15,472 bases of DNA from Candidatus Bathyarchaeota archaeon B26-1. Lineage in GTDB: Archaea; Thermoproteota; Bathyarchaeia; Bathyarchaeales; B26-1. The translations under genes and the position numbers were made by a program. Where the stretch lies: assembly GCA_001593925.1 (NCBI GenBank), contig LUCD01000039.1, positions 1 through 15,472 of the forward strand, given 5' to 3'. Below, one piece after another: positions 1 through 6,684 of this stretch (the stretch's first letter is position 1; every line of letters starts with the position of its first letter). The notes beneath the pieces were generated by a model that worked only from the letters and a program-made list of their open reading frames with translations, ran no database searches and was not told the origin of the DNA.

Positions 1-801
1 GACGATGACACGGACGTCATACTCCTATACATTGAGGGCGTCAAGGATGGTAGGAGGTTCATGGAGGCGGCCAAGAGAGCCGTCTTGAGGAAGCCTGTGG
101 TAGCGATTAAGGCTGGACGATCAGCTACCGGTGCCTCAGCCATCATGTCGCATACCGGGTCTATGGCCGGGTCGGATGAGGTCTATGAAGCGGCCTTCAA
201 GCAGACGGGTGTGATAAGGGTTGGGGACTTCGAGGAGGCCTTCGACGTGGTTAAGGCTTTCATGATGCAGCCCTTAGCCTCTGGGAGGAGGGTCTTGATA
301 GTTACCAACGGCGGTGGAGCGGGGATTATGGCGGTTGATGCCTGTGAGAGGAGCGGCCTCACGGTTCCGGAGTTGGATGAGGATGTCAAGAGGAGGCTTC
401 CCTTCCCGCCTCACTTCAGCCGTAGGAACCCTATAGACCTGACAGGGGACGTTAAGGACGAGGATTACTGGACAGCGCTCAACGAGGCCTTCCTAAAGTA
501 TGACGGTTTCGACTTGGCGCTTGTATGCATCTTACCCCAAGTTCCGAACCTGACGTTCCGCGTAGCCGACATTATAGGGAGGGCGAACAAGGTTAGTGGG
601 AAGCCGATCGTCGCATGTTGCATGGGCGGAGCCTTCACACTCAAACTGACCAGAGAGATCGAGAGTAGGGGGATACCAGTCTACCCAACCCCTGAGAGAG
701 CCGCTAAGGCCTTAAGCTCCCTCGCAACCTATAACGAGGCTCTCATGAGGCTCAAAGCCGATATAAAAGGAGAGAAGGAGGAGCATCAACCGTTTTTCTA
801 G
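1..801 (+). CDS. ADP-forming acetyl-CoA (acyl-CoA) synthetase alpha-subunit-like protein, C-terminal part; the 5' end lies upstream of the window
   Basis: The frame is open from base 1, so the gene enters the window already started. The translation reads DDDTDVILLYIEGVKDGRRFMEAAKRAVLRKPVVAIKAGRSATGASAIMSHTGSMAGSDEVYEAAF. The ILLYIEG...KPVVAIKAG...HTGSMAG motifs match the NDP-forming acyl-CoA synthetase / succinyl-CoA synthetase-alpha-like ligase-CoA domain. Stop at 799-801. Confidence 0.75.
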   Translation, partial: DDDTDVILLYIEGVKDGRRFMEAAKRAVLRKPVVAIKAGRSATGASAIMSHTGSMAGSDEVYEAAFKQTGVIRVGDFEEAFDVVKAFMMQPLASGRRVLIVTNGGGAGIMAVDACERSGLTVPELDEDVKRRLPFPPHFSRRNPIDLTGDVKDEDYWTALNEAFLKYDGFDLALVCILPQVPNLTFRVADIIGRANKVSGKPIVACCMGGAFTLKLTREIESRGIPVYPTPERAAKALSSLATYNEALMRLKADIKGEKEEHQPFF

Positions 802-1158
802 CCATCTCGGCTCTGACTCATGGTTCATGAAGGATATGTAAAAAGGGAATTAGTGCACCCAATCTTGTGCAAAAAGATATTTTAGTCGGTTGAGACTCCT
901 ATTATCCTTGGTAGTGGTGGGTTGAGCCTCTCAATCTCTAAGATTTACATCGGGTTCCTGTACGGCAGGTTGAAGCTCTTAAAGGGCTGTGACGATGTTC
1001 TGAAGAGGCTCTTAGGCTCAGGTGTAGTGTCCCACCACTCCGCGGACCTTCTAACGTAAGATAGTTGAAGATGAGATCGCTAGGTTGGGCGGTGCGATGG
1101 GGAGGATCACCCGTATAGTTGCGCGTGGAGTGGAGGATCTTGAAGAGGTGATCAAGCT

Positions 1159-1623
1159 ATGGAGGCCCAGCTGGCGAAGGTCGAGTATGCATCGGTGAAC
1201 TTGCATACGCCAGAAGGCTTGAAGGAAACAGCCTTAACCGTCCGTGAAGAGGTATTTATCACGATAGAGAGGGAAGTAGCCGAGAAGATCTTGAGGGAGC
1301 TTCCACCAGAGAAGGCCTTCTACTTCTATGCAGACTATGGCCGATACACCGGGAGATACGCGCGGAGCCTAGAGGAGTTCGCTGAAACCTTGGAGACCGT
1401 CCAGGCGGACTCAATAAGATTCCATCCGAGACGTGGGGACTTTCAGGTATGGATAAGAGGCTTAGGAGATGAGGAGCTGGCTGAGGCCCTAAACCGTATA
1501 GACGAGGCCTCCCTAAGCGACGGCGAACTCGGAGCTGAGATCTCAAGAGCCGTCAGGGATAGAATCTCAGAGTTAAAGGCCTCACTCCAATCTAAAGGAC
1601 TGATTAAGGAGAAATCTATATGA
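1159..1623 (+). CDS. hypothetical soluble protein, 154 aa
   Basis: Single ATG start immediately after an in-frame TGA at 1141-1143. The sequence is helical and charged, with no motif I can name. Its reading frame overlaps the next gene by 4 nt (ATGA), which suggests an operon. Confidence 0.55.
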   Translation: MEAQLAKVEYASVNLHTPEGLKETALTVREEVFITIEREVAEKILRELPPEKAFYFYADYGRYTGRYARSLEEFAETLETVQADSIRFHPRRGDFQVWIRGLGDEELAEALNRIDEASLSDGELGAEISRAVRDRISELKASLQSKGLIKEKSI

Positions 1624-1949
1624 CCAAGGCTAGAAGGTCTATGGGGCTTCTATCCCTCGGGATCCTTATACTGGCCGTAGCGGTCTCGATGACCCTCTCA
1701 GGCGCTGGGGTCATCTTTCCCCAGGAGGTTCCATCCTTAACCCTGATCCTATTCGGCCTATGGATTTTAGCCGTAGCTGGATTAAGGAGGTCCTTCGCAA
1801 CCTTCGCCTGGGGAACCCTCATAGGAACCCTAGGGGTTTTATGGCTTCTCTTAAGCCGCCAACTGTTATATGAGTATCTTCCAGCAATCCTCCTATTCGT
1901 GATCGGGGGCCTTTTGGTGGCTTCAGCCCTCCGCCATAAGAGGCCGTAA
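1620..1949 (+). CDS. small integral membrane protein, 109 aa, about 3 TM helices
   Basis: Strongly hydrophobic segments (LLSLGILILAVAVSMTL, LTLILFGLWILAVAGL, LLFVIGGLLVASAL). The ATG overlaps the stop codon of the upstream gene. Confidence 0.55.
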   Translation: MTKARRSMGLLSLGILILAVAVSMTLSGAGVIFPQEVPSLTLILFGLWILAVAGLRRSFATFAWGTLIGTLGVLWLLLSRQLLYEYLPAILLFVIGGLLVASALRHKRP

Positions 1950-2115
1950 AAACTCTCAAGCCAAGTCGTTCGACCAATAAATTAGAGAGGAACACGTTGA
2001 GAGCTCCAATCAACAGACATTCTTAGATGCTGAATGTAGAGCCCTACATTAAACTATTGTAGGTGTGAAGCTCTCTTGGATCAGCCTAAACACTGATATG
2101 TTCACTTGTTCTCTA

Positions 2116-3093
2116 CTAGGTTAACTTGGCTCCACAGTTTCCACAGAACTTCATTCCAGGCGGGTTCTTGGCGCCGCACTTCGGGCATGTCTTCTCGGTG
2201 GGCCTCAAGGGGGCTCCACAGTTCCCGCAGAACTTCATTTCAGCAGGATTCTGGGCTCCACACTTAGGGCAGATTATAATCCTTTGAGGTTTCGGGGCTG
2301 GTTTCATCATTTGGGCCATCTGGCTTCCTATAGCGAAGCCTATGCCAGCTCCAACCCCTGCTCCGGCAGCTCCTCCAGCTCCTGGTGGAAGCTCGGCAGC
2401 TGTCTCCTTCATATATTGCATCACCATAGCTTGCTGCCCGATCCCCGTGGCGAACCTTCTAGCTTCTTCAGGTATCTTAACACCTTCAAAGACGCAATCG
2501 ATTACTTTTAGGCCTACCCTTGCAACCTCGTCTCTTATGACCAGTGCGACTTTATCCGTGGTCTCGTCTAGGTTCTTCACTATGTTGAAGATGTCATAGT
2601 GGCCAAACTCATCTATTATACGTTCGTTTATGAAGCCTCTGATGTAGTTCTCGACGTCCCTTGACGTGCTGGCTTCTCTGTTCCCGAAGAACTCAACCAC
2701 AAAGAGCTTTGGATCCTCAACCTTGTAGATTACGTATCCGTAGAATCCGAGTTCAGCCTGGTATCCTATTGGTCCGCTTGGGGCTGAATAGGCCTGCCCG
2801 CCGAAGTTCGCCCTGAACTGGCTGTTGCTGACGAAGATAACTTCACAGCTGAAGATGTCGCCGATTATTCTGAGAGCTCTTAAGGCAGCTGTTAGAAGTG
2901 GTATATTTGCGCTCGTTATCGTATGTCTACCCGGACCTAGAACGTCGTAGGCCTTCCCATCCCTGAAGAAGACTGCCCACTGATTCTCCTTTACTATTAC
3001 CTGACTTCCATACTTCAATGTGAGATTTGGGAACCTGTATGCGATATCCTCTGGACCCGCAAAGTCCCATGAGACCCTCTCGACAATGGGCAT
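2116..3093 (-). CDS. SPFH/band-7 (stomatin/prohibitin/flotillin-like) domain protein with a Gly-rich linker and two C-terminal zinc ribbons (COG4260 / B. subtilis YdjI-like architecture)
   Basis: The N-terminal ~250 aa have SPFH-like composition (QWAVFFRDGKAYDVLGPGRHTI...; helical region EVARVGLKVIDCVFEGVKIPEEARRFATGIGQQAMV). Next comes a Gly/Ala-rich segment, GAGGAAGAGVGAGIGFAIG. The C-terminus carries two copies of CPKCGA-x8-KFCGNCGA. There is a GGAG motif 8 nt upstream of the ATG. Confidence 0.8.
   Translation of the reverse strand: MPIVERVSWDFAGPEDIAYRFPNLTLKYGSQVIVKENQWAVFFRDGKAYDVLGPGRHTITSANIPLLTAALRALRIIGDIFSCEVIFVSNSQFRANFGGQAYSAPSGPIGYQAELGFYGYVIYKVEDPKLFVVEFFGNREASTSRDVENYIRGFINERIIDEFGHYDIFNIVKNLDETTDKVALVIRDEVARVGLKVIDCVFEGVKIPEEARRFATGIGQQAMVMQYMKETAAELPPGAGGAAGAGVGAGIGFAIGSQMAQMMKPAPKPQRIIICPKCGAQNPAEMKFCGNCGAPLRPTEKTCPKCGAKNPPGMKFCGNCGAKLT
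2128..2282. repeat. intragenic tandem direct repeat (~75 to 84 bp unit, ~80% identity) encoding the two zinc ribbons
   Basis: ggctccacagtttccacagaacttcattccagg... at 2128 recurs as ggctccacagttcccgcagaacttcatttcagc... at 2212. Confidence 0.7.
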
Positions 3094-3107
3094 ATATCAT
3101 CTTCTCC

Positions 3108-3662
3108 TCATAACCTTAAGGGTCTAAAGCGTCTTTCCCTCTCAATCCATCTATCCTCGAGGGAGAGTAATAAATCTTTCACCCTCCTCACATTTGCTGG
3201 AAGCTCACCCCAGTTCTCAGACTCGACATAGCTCTGAACCTTCTCGACCTCATCCTTAAGGCTGTCAATCCGGGATCCCAGCTCCCTGTCATAGTTTAAG
3301 ATCCCAGCCAGCTCCTCCTCTCTTATAGAGCCCTTCCTATCGAAGAGGCCGGCATATCCATAATCTGCATGGTGGATCTTCTCCATAACCCTATCCATAA
3401 CCTGGATCACCTTCTTTAAGTCTCGGGTTGGAGCCTTCACACCGGCCTCCAAGACCGCCAGGTATATATCCTCCCATAAGTGGCGTAGACGTTTAAGATC
3501 CATATAGTAGAGGTCTCGAAGCATCTTGTCGAGTTCCCTCAAATCCTCTTTTGTGCCATAACCCAATGTGAAGAAGTTCTTTATTTCAGAGAGAACCCCT
3601 TGCCTATCCCTCATCTCCTCTACAATATCACGCTTCCGTCTACCCATCTCTTGACACCTCAA
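3108..3662 (-). CDS. hypothetical alpha-helical protein, 184 aa, middle gene of the operon
   Basis: Its ATG overlaps the upstream stop (ATGA coupling) and it ends 14 nt before the SPFH gene. The sequence is charged and helical (coiled-coil-like C-terminus DSLKDEVEKVQSYVESENWGELPANVRRVKDLLLSLEDRWIERERR). I recognise no family. Confidence 0.6.
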   Translation of the reverse strand: MRCQEMGRRKRDIVEEMRDRQGVLSEIKNFFTLGYGTKEDLRELDKMLRDLYYMDLKRLRHLWEDIYLAVLEAGVKAPTRDLKKVIQVMDRVMEKIHHADYGYAGLFDRKGSIREEELAGILNYDRELGSRIDSLKDEVEKVQSYVESENWGELPANVRRVKDLLLSLEDRWIERERRFRPLRL

Positions 3663-5041
3663 ATCAGTTTTATAAGGGGTCTTCCCCCACCTAAAACTTT
3701 ACCTGTAGATCCATCTACAGCCACTGCGTAGTCCCTCTCACCTAACTTGTAATGGACAAACCATACGGGAGCATGGAGGAGCTCGCCCTCGCCGACTCTA
3801 ACTCTGGTGTGGCAGGTCTCTATAGTGTCAACTTCTTCTGAGACAAGCTCCCTCTGCTTGATTTCGACTTCAGCCTTCACCTTATCCTTAGCTTCTTCTT
3901 CGTTCAATTCCGTATTGAAGAACTCTGCATCACTTGGAATCCTTCCAGGATCAAAGGGAATCTTCCTTTCTAGAGGAACCTCGTAATATTTAACATCGCT
4001 CAGCACGGCTCTTCTGGCCAAGACAGTCCAGTCATATTGGCGAGAGATGGTTCTCGAGATTCTCCTGAACGTTGGCCCCCGCTCATAGGCCACATAACCC
4101 TCAATCGCTAACTCGGCCGCGGCCTTCAGGACTTTCCCGAGCTTAACCCAACCTTTCTTTCTCTCATCAGTGACAGCGTGCTTTATCTCACGGAGCTCAG
4201 AGACGCCTAGACCCCTCCTGCCAGTATAGTATGTCTCAGCGTAAGCTGGGAAGATCCAGAAGGGTATATACCTCAACCTTACACCCGTGATCTGAGCTTT
4301 TTCAGCTACTCCTCGACGTAGAACCCCCTTGTCCATGTATTCTTTGGCTATGTCAACAGCCTCCTGTGGATGAAGCTTATTCTCAATCATACTATGTTTC
4401 TTGATCTCCTCACGGGTTGCGACCACAATTGTATTTCCGCAGTATCGACACGTTATGATTACATCCTCCCTGGTCACGTCTAGTGGAGCTCCACATCTTG
4501 TACAGTTCGTTGGGATGGGTTTAACGGCCTGAATTGAAGGGGTCTGAGCTTCCTTTGTTGTGAGTGGTGGGGCGGTAACGGTTGGCGTAGTCCACCTAAC
4601 AACCTCAACTCCAATACTTTTTGTGGTGACATCAGGCCTCTTCTTTACGGCTATGACTCCCTTTGCTTCCCATCTTATCCTTCGATCTGGCTCGAGTGAG
4701 GTTGGCGGGGCATAGTGCGGAATCTTAACTTTAAAGGGAAATTCCTCCTTATATCTTGGAGTAAGGTGAAGTCTTCCGCATACCCTTTCCTTAGTTGACC
4801 ATAAGATCTGAGTGGTTTCCTTCTCTTCCCATCCTTCCTTAGTGTGAACTAGATTCTTAGTTCTTGACCAGCACTTAACCTCAACCCTGACCTCATCCGC
4901 ATCAAACTCTTCTTCCGAGGTTACGTGAAGAGTTCCAGTTAATTCCTCCCCCAAACCGACAACATTCCTGTCTAAAGCTATGAAGACCTTAGCTTTAGGT
5001 TTCGTTACTCTCATCTTAATCTTTTTAAAGAACCCCACCAT
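3659..5041 (-). CDS. arrestin-like (Spo0M-type N-domain) protein with an internal zinc ribbon and a C-terminal duplicated beta-hairpin domain
   Basis: The N-terminus FFKKIK...AKVFIALDRNVVGLGEELTGTLHVTSEEEFDADEVRVEVKCW...FPFKVKIPHYAPPT matches the Spo0M (sporulation-control, arrestin-like beta-sandwich) pattern. A zinc ribbon CTRCGAPL-x12-CRYCG follows. The C-terminal domain has two related hairpin motifs (RYIPFWIFPAYAETYYTGRRG and HAPVWFVHYKLGERDYAVAVDGSTGKV). The ORF track starts at 5059, but the TATA centred near 5080 places the transcription start near 5053, so the ATG at 5041 (MVGFFKK) is the more likely start. Confidence 0.72.
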   Translation of the reverse strand: MVGFFKKIKMRVTKPKAKVFIALDRNVVGLGEELTGTLHVTSEEEFDADEVRVEVKCWSRTKNLVHTKEGWEEKETTQILWSTKERVCGRLHLTPRYKEEFPFKVKIPHYAPPTSLEPDRRIRWEAKGVIAVKKRPDVTTKSIGVEVVRWTTPTVTAPPLTTKEAQTPSIQAVKPIPTNCTRCGAPLDVTREDVIITCRYCGNTIVVATREEIKKHSMIENKLHPQEAVDIAKEYMDKGVLRRGVAEKAQITGVRLRYIPFWIFPAYAETYYTGRRGLGVSELREIKHAVTDERKKGWVKLGKVLKAAAELAIEGYVAYERGPTFRRISRTISRQYDWTVLARRAVLSDVKYYEVPLERKIPFDPGRIPSDAEFFNTELNEEEAKDKVKAEVEIKQRELVSEEVDTIETCHTRVRVGEGELLHAPVWFVHYKLGERDYAVAVDGSTGKVLGGGRPLIKLI

Positions 5042-5070
5042 AAATATCTCCCTGTTCATAGTATTAAAAA

Positions 5071-5090
5071 TTTATTTTATAAAATTTTTG
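5071..5090. promoter_or_regulatory. near-palindromic AT-rich TATA element (TTTATTTTATAAAATTTTT) in a divergent intergenic region
   Basis: This is the only strongly AT-rich stretch between the minus operon start (5041) and the plus gene at 5247. It is positioned about 30 nt upstream of the 5041 ATG on the minus strand. Confidence 0.4.
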
Positions 5091-5246
5091 CTTTGTGGAC
5101 TAATTGGGTTTTGTGGCTGTTTCCTTTTTTCTTGTGTCTGGGTTTTATGGGTTTATGAGCGTGTTATGGATAAATGTCTTCGTTGTCACTCCCGTCGGGT
5201 GTGGAGTAATTCTTATAGGCACTTTTATTCAATATTGTTTTAGGAG

Positions 5247-5507
5247 ATGTCTCAGCCTCAAAGAGTGGAAGGTCCTGAGGAAAGAATCTCGATTGAAGGG
5301 GCGTTCTTATGCCCTTTCTGCGGTGCCCCTTATAGGAAGTTGATCCCATCCGGCACAGTCCAAGTTAGGTGCGAATATTGTGGAGCCATGATCTTGGTTC
5401 CACCTAGGCTGAGGGAGGTTCAGCGGTGCCCAAACCATCCAGACAGGGTCTCGGTCGGGATATGTAACGACTGCGGTAAGGGCTTGACTGCCTCACCGTC
5501 ATGGTGA
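5247..5507 (+). CDS. small zinc-finger protein, 86 aa, with a zinc ribbon plus a B-box-like second finger
   Basis: CPFCGAPYRKLIPSGTVQVRCEYCG forms a CxxC...CxxC ribbon, followed by RCPNHPDRVSVGICNDCGKGL (C-x2-H...C-x2-C). A TATA-like ACTTTTATTCAATA lies about 25 nt upstream. The stop overlaps the next gene start (ATGGTGA). Confidence 0.55.
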   Translation: MSQPQRVEGPEERISIEGAFLCPFCGAPYRKLIPSGTVQVRCEYCGAMILVPPRLREVQRCPNHPDRVSVGICNDCGKGLTASPSW

Positions 5508-6244
5508 TTTCAGAATCCAGCGAAGGGACTGCGATCAGATACCTATGCCCAGACTGCCTGAGGAAGAAGAAGAGCGGCGAGGCAGCAGCTCCATTTTTAA
5601 TATTACTTCCCTCCTTAATTTTAGCTTGGTTTTTCCTACTGATTAAAGCTATAGTCCCCTTAATTTTTATAATAGCATACTCCTTCTTCGCCGCCATCGC
5701 ATTATCCTCCTCTAAAAGTGCGTATGAGGGTCTGCCGACGTTCAATATGCTCATGAAGAAGATGTTGGAGCTGAGGAGAAGAGTTGAGGTGATTAAGGCT
5801 AAGATGAGCGAGGAGGAGGTTGAGAGGCTCTACTCTACCCTTAAGAGGAAAGACCTCGTCACAGACCCATACACGGGGAGGTACATGTATAGAGAGGACA
5901 TCGACAATACCATCAAGAAGTATATGCGGTCAGGCCTCACAAGGAGGGAAGCCGTGATACAGTTAGCCATCGAGAAAGGTATCCCGTTGAGGCCCGGCTT
6001 ACACATCCCCCCAACCATATATGATGCTTTCTCCGAGCTGAAGAGGGAAATAAAGAAGGAGATGGCTAAAGCTGTTAGGGTAGGGAGCCATGAAGAGGAG
6101 TACGAGCGGCTAATAGACAAGTACAGCAGAATCTACGGCCGGAGCAGATACGCCCTCGAACACAAGATAGAGGAGTACATGATGGGAGGCCTAAGCAGGG
6201 AGGAAGCGATAAGGGTACTTGCAGAGGAGGAAGGAGTGACCTAA
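5501..6244 (+). CDS. membrane protein, 247 aa: N-terminal CPDC motif, two predicted TM helices, then tandem ~40-aa helical repeats
   Basis: Hydrophobic PFLILLPSLILAWFFLLIKAIVPLIFIIAYSFFAAIAL. The two repeats are DPYTGRYMYREDIDNTIKKYMRSGLTRREAVIQLAIEKGIP and YSRIYGRSRYALEHKIEEYMMGGLSREEAIRVLAEEEGVT, sharing YxGR..Y.......YM..GL.R.EA....LA.E.G. It is translationally coupled to 5247..5507. Confidence 0.6.
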   Translation: MVISESSEGTAIRYLCPDCLRKKKSGEAAAPFLILLPSLILAWFFLLIKAIVPLIFIIAYSFFAAIALSSSKSAYEGLPTFNMLMKKMLELRRRVEVIKAKMSEEEVERLYSTLKRKDLVTDPYTGRYMYREDIDNTIKKYMRSGLTRREAVIQLAIEKGIPLRPGLHIPPTIYDAFSELKREIKKEMAKAVRVGSHEEEYERLIDKYSRIYGRSRYALEHKIEEYMMGGLSREEAIRVLAEEEGVT

Positions 6245-6607
6245 ACTACGTGGCAAAGGCCGGTTTCCCAAACGTGAAGGCGTCATGGCGCCGCCTGCTC
6301 AAGATCACTCGCAGAAAAAGTTCATGAAGAAACGGCACGGCTGGAAGGATCAGCTTCCACACTTTCCGCCACTGTGAGGCAACCATACTCTACCGCCAGA
6401 CCAAAGACATCCCGTATGTAATGAGGTTTCTATTTCTAGACCACAAGAACATAAAGAACACTTTGATCTACGTGCAGCTTGAGGAAGCCCTCTTCAAAAA
6501 CGGGAACATAGAGTTCATCTGCAAAGCGGCTAAAACAGTTGAGGAGGCTAAAGCCTTAATCGAGGGAGTTCAACTCTTCAGAAAGAGAAAGTGTCGCGGT
6601 GAATCCG

Positions 6608-6684
6608 TGGTGCCGCGGGGGAGACTTGAACTCCCGACAGCCCGGTCTTCAGCCGGGTGCTCTCCCAGTCTGAGCTACCGCGGC
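6608..6684 (-). tRNA. tRNA-Phe: tRNA-Phe (anticodon GAA), 77 nt including an encoded 3' CCA, no intron
   Basis: The minus-strand sequence folds as a cloverleaf by hand: GCCGCGG-TA-GCTC-AGACTGGGA-GAGC-A-CCCGG-CTGAAGA-CCGGG-CTGTC-GGGAG-TTCAAGT-CTCCC-CCGCGGC-A-CCA. The 7-bp acceptor stem is perfect, the anticodon loop is CT-GAA-GA, and the T-loop is TTCAAGT. A pyrimidine tract (ctttctctttct on the minus strand) follows the 3' end. Confidence 0.92.

Noticed and set aside
183-389. Minus-strand 68-aa ORF inside the acyl-CoA synthetase gene, and similar antisense ORFs 1259..1546, 1616..1822, 1819..2013, 2284..2599, 5404..5754, 5830..6120, 6722..7564, 7988..8290, 10727..10933, 11024..11425, 12936..13238, 13451..13654, 14875..15066, 14993..15223
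   Set aside because: Each overlaps, on the opposite strand or in another frame, a gene with recognisable motifs or better promoter context. None has independent support.
5090-5200. A partial copy of the tRNA 3' half (cactcccgtcggg vs gaactcccgacagcccgg) that could mark the distal att site of an integrated element
   Set aside because: Only a 7-nt exact core (actcccg) with poor flanks. That is far below what is expected for an att repeat of about 40 bp. Not reported as a feature.
4980-5343. ORF-track hits 4980..5243(+), 5104..5343(+) and 5164..5349(-) in the divergent spacer
   Set aside because: They are low-complexity hydrophobic translations of an AT/GT-rich promoter region. They overlap the start of the arrestin-like gene and each other, and have no start context. 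They are artifacts of base composition.
6245-6420. 49-codon minus-strand ORF (MVASQWRKVWKLILPAVPFLHELFLRVILSRRRHDAFTFGKPAFAT) and the hairpin tggaag-gatcag-cttcca in the gap before the tRNA
   Set aside because: Too short, with no promoter or family signal. The hairpin alone is not diagnostic. I noted it only as part of the unusually long spacer.
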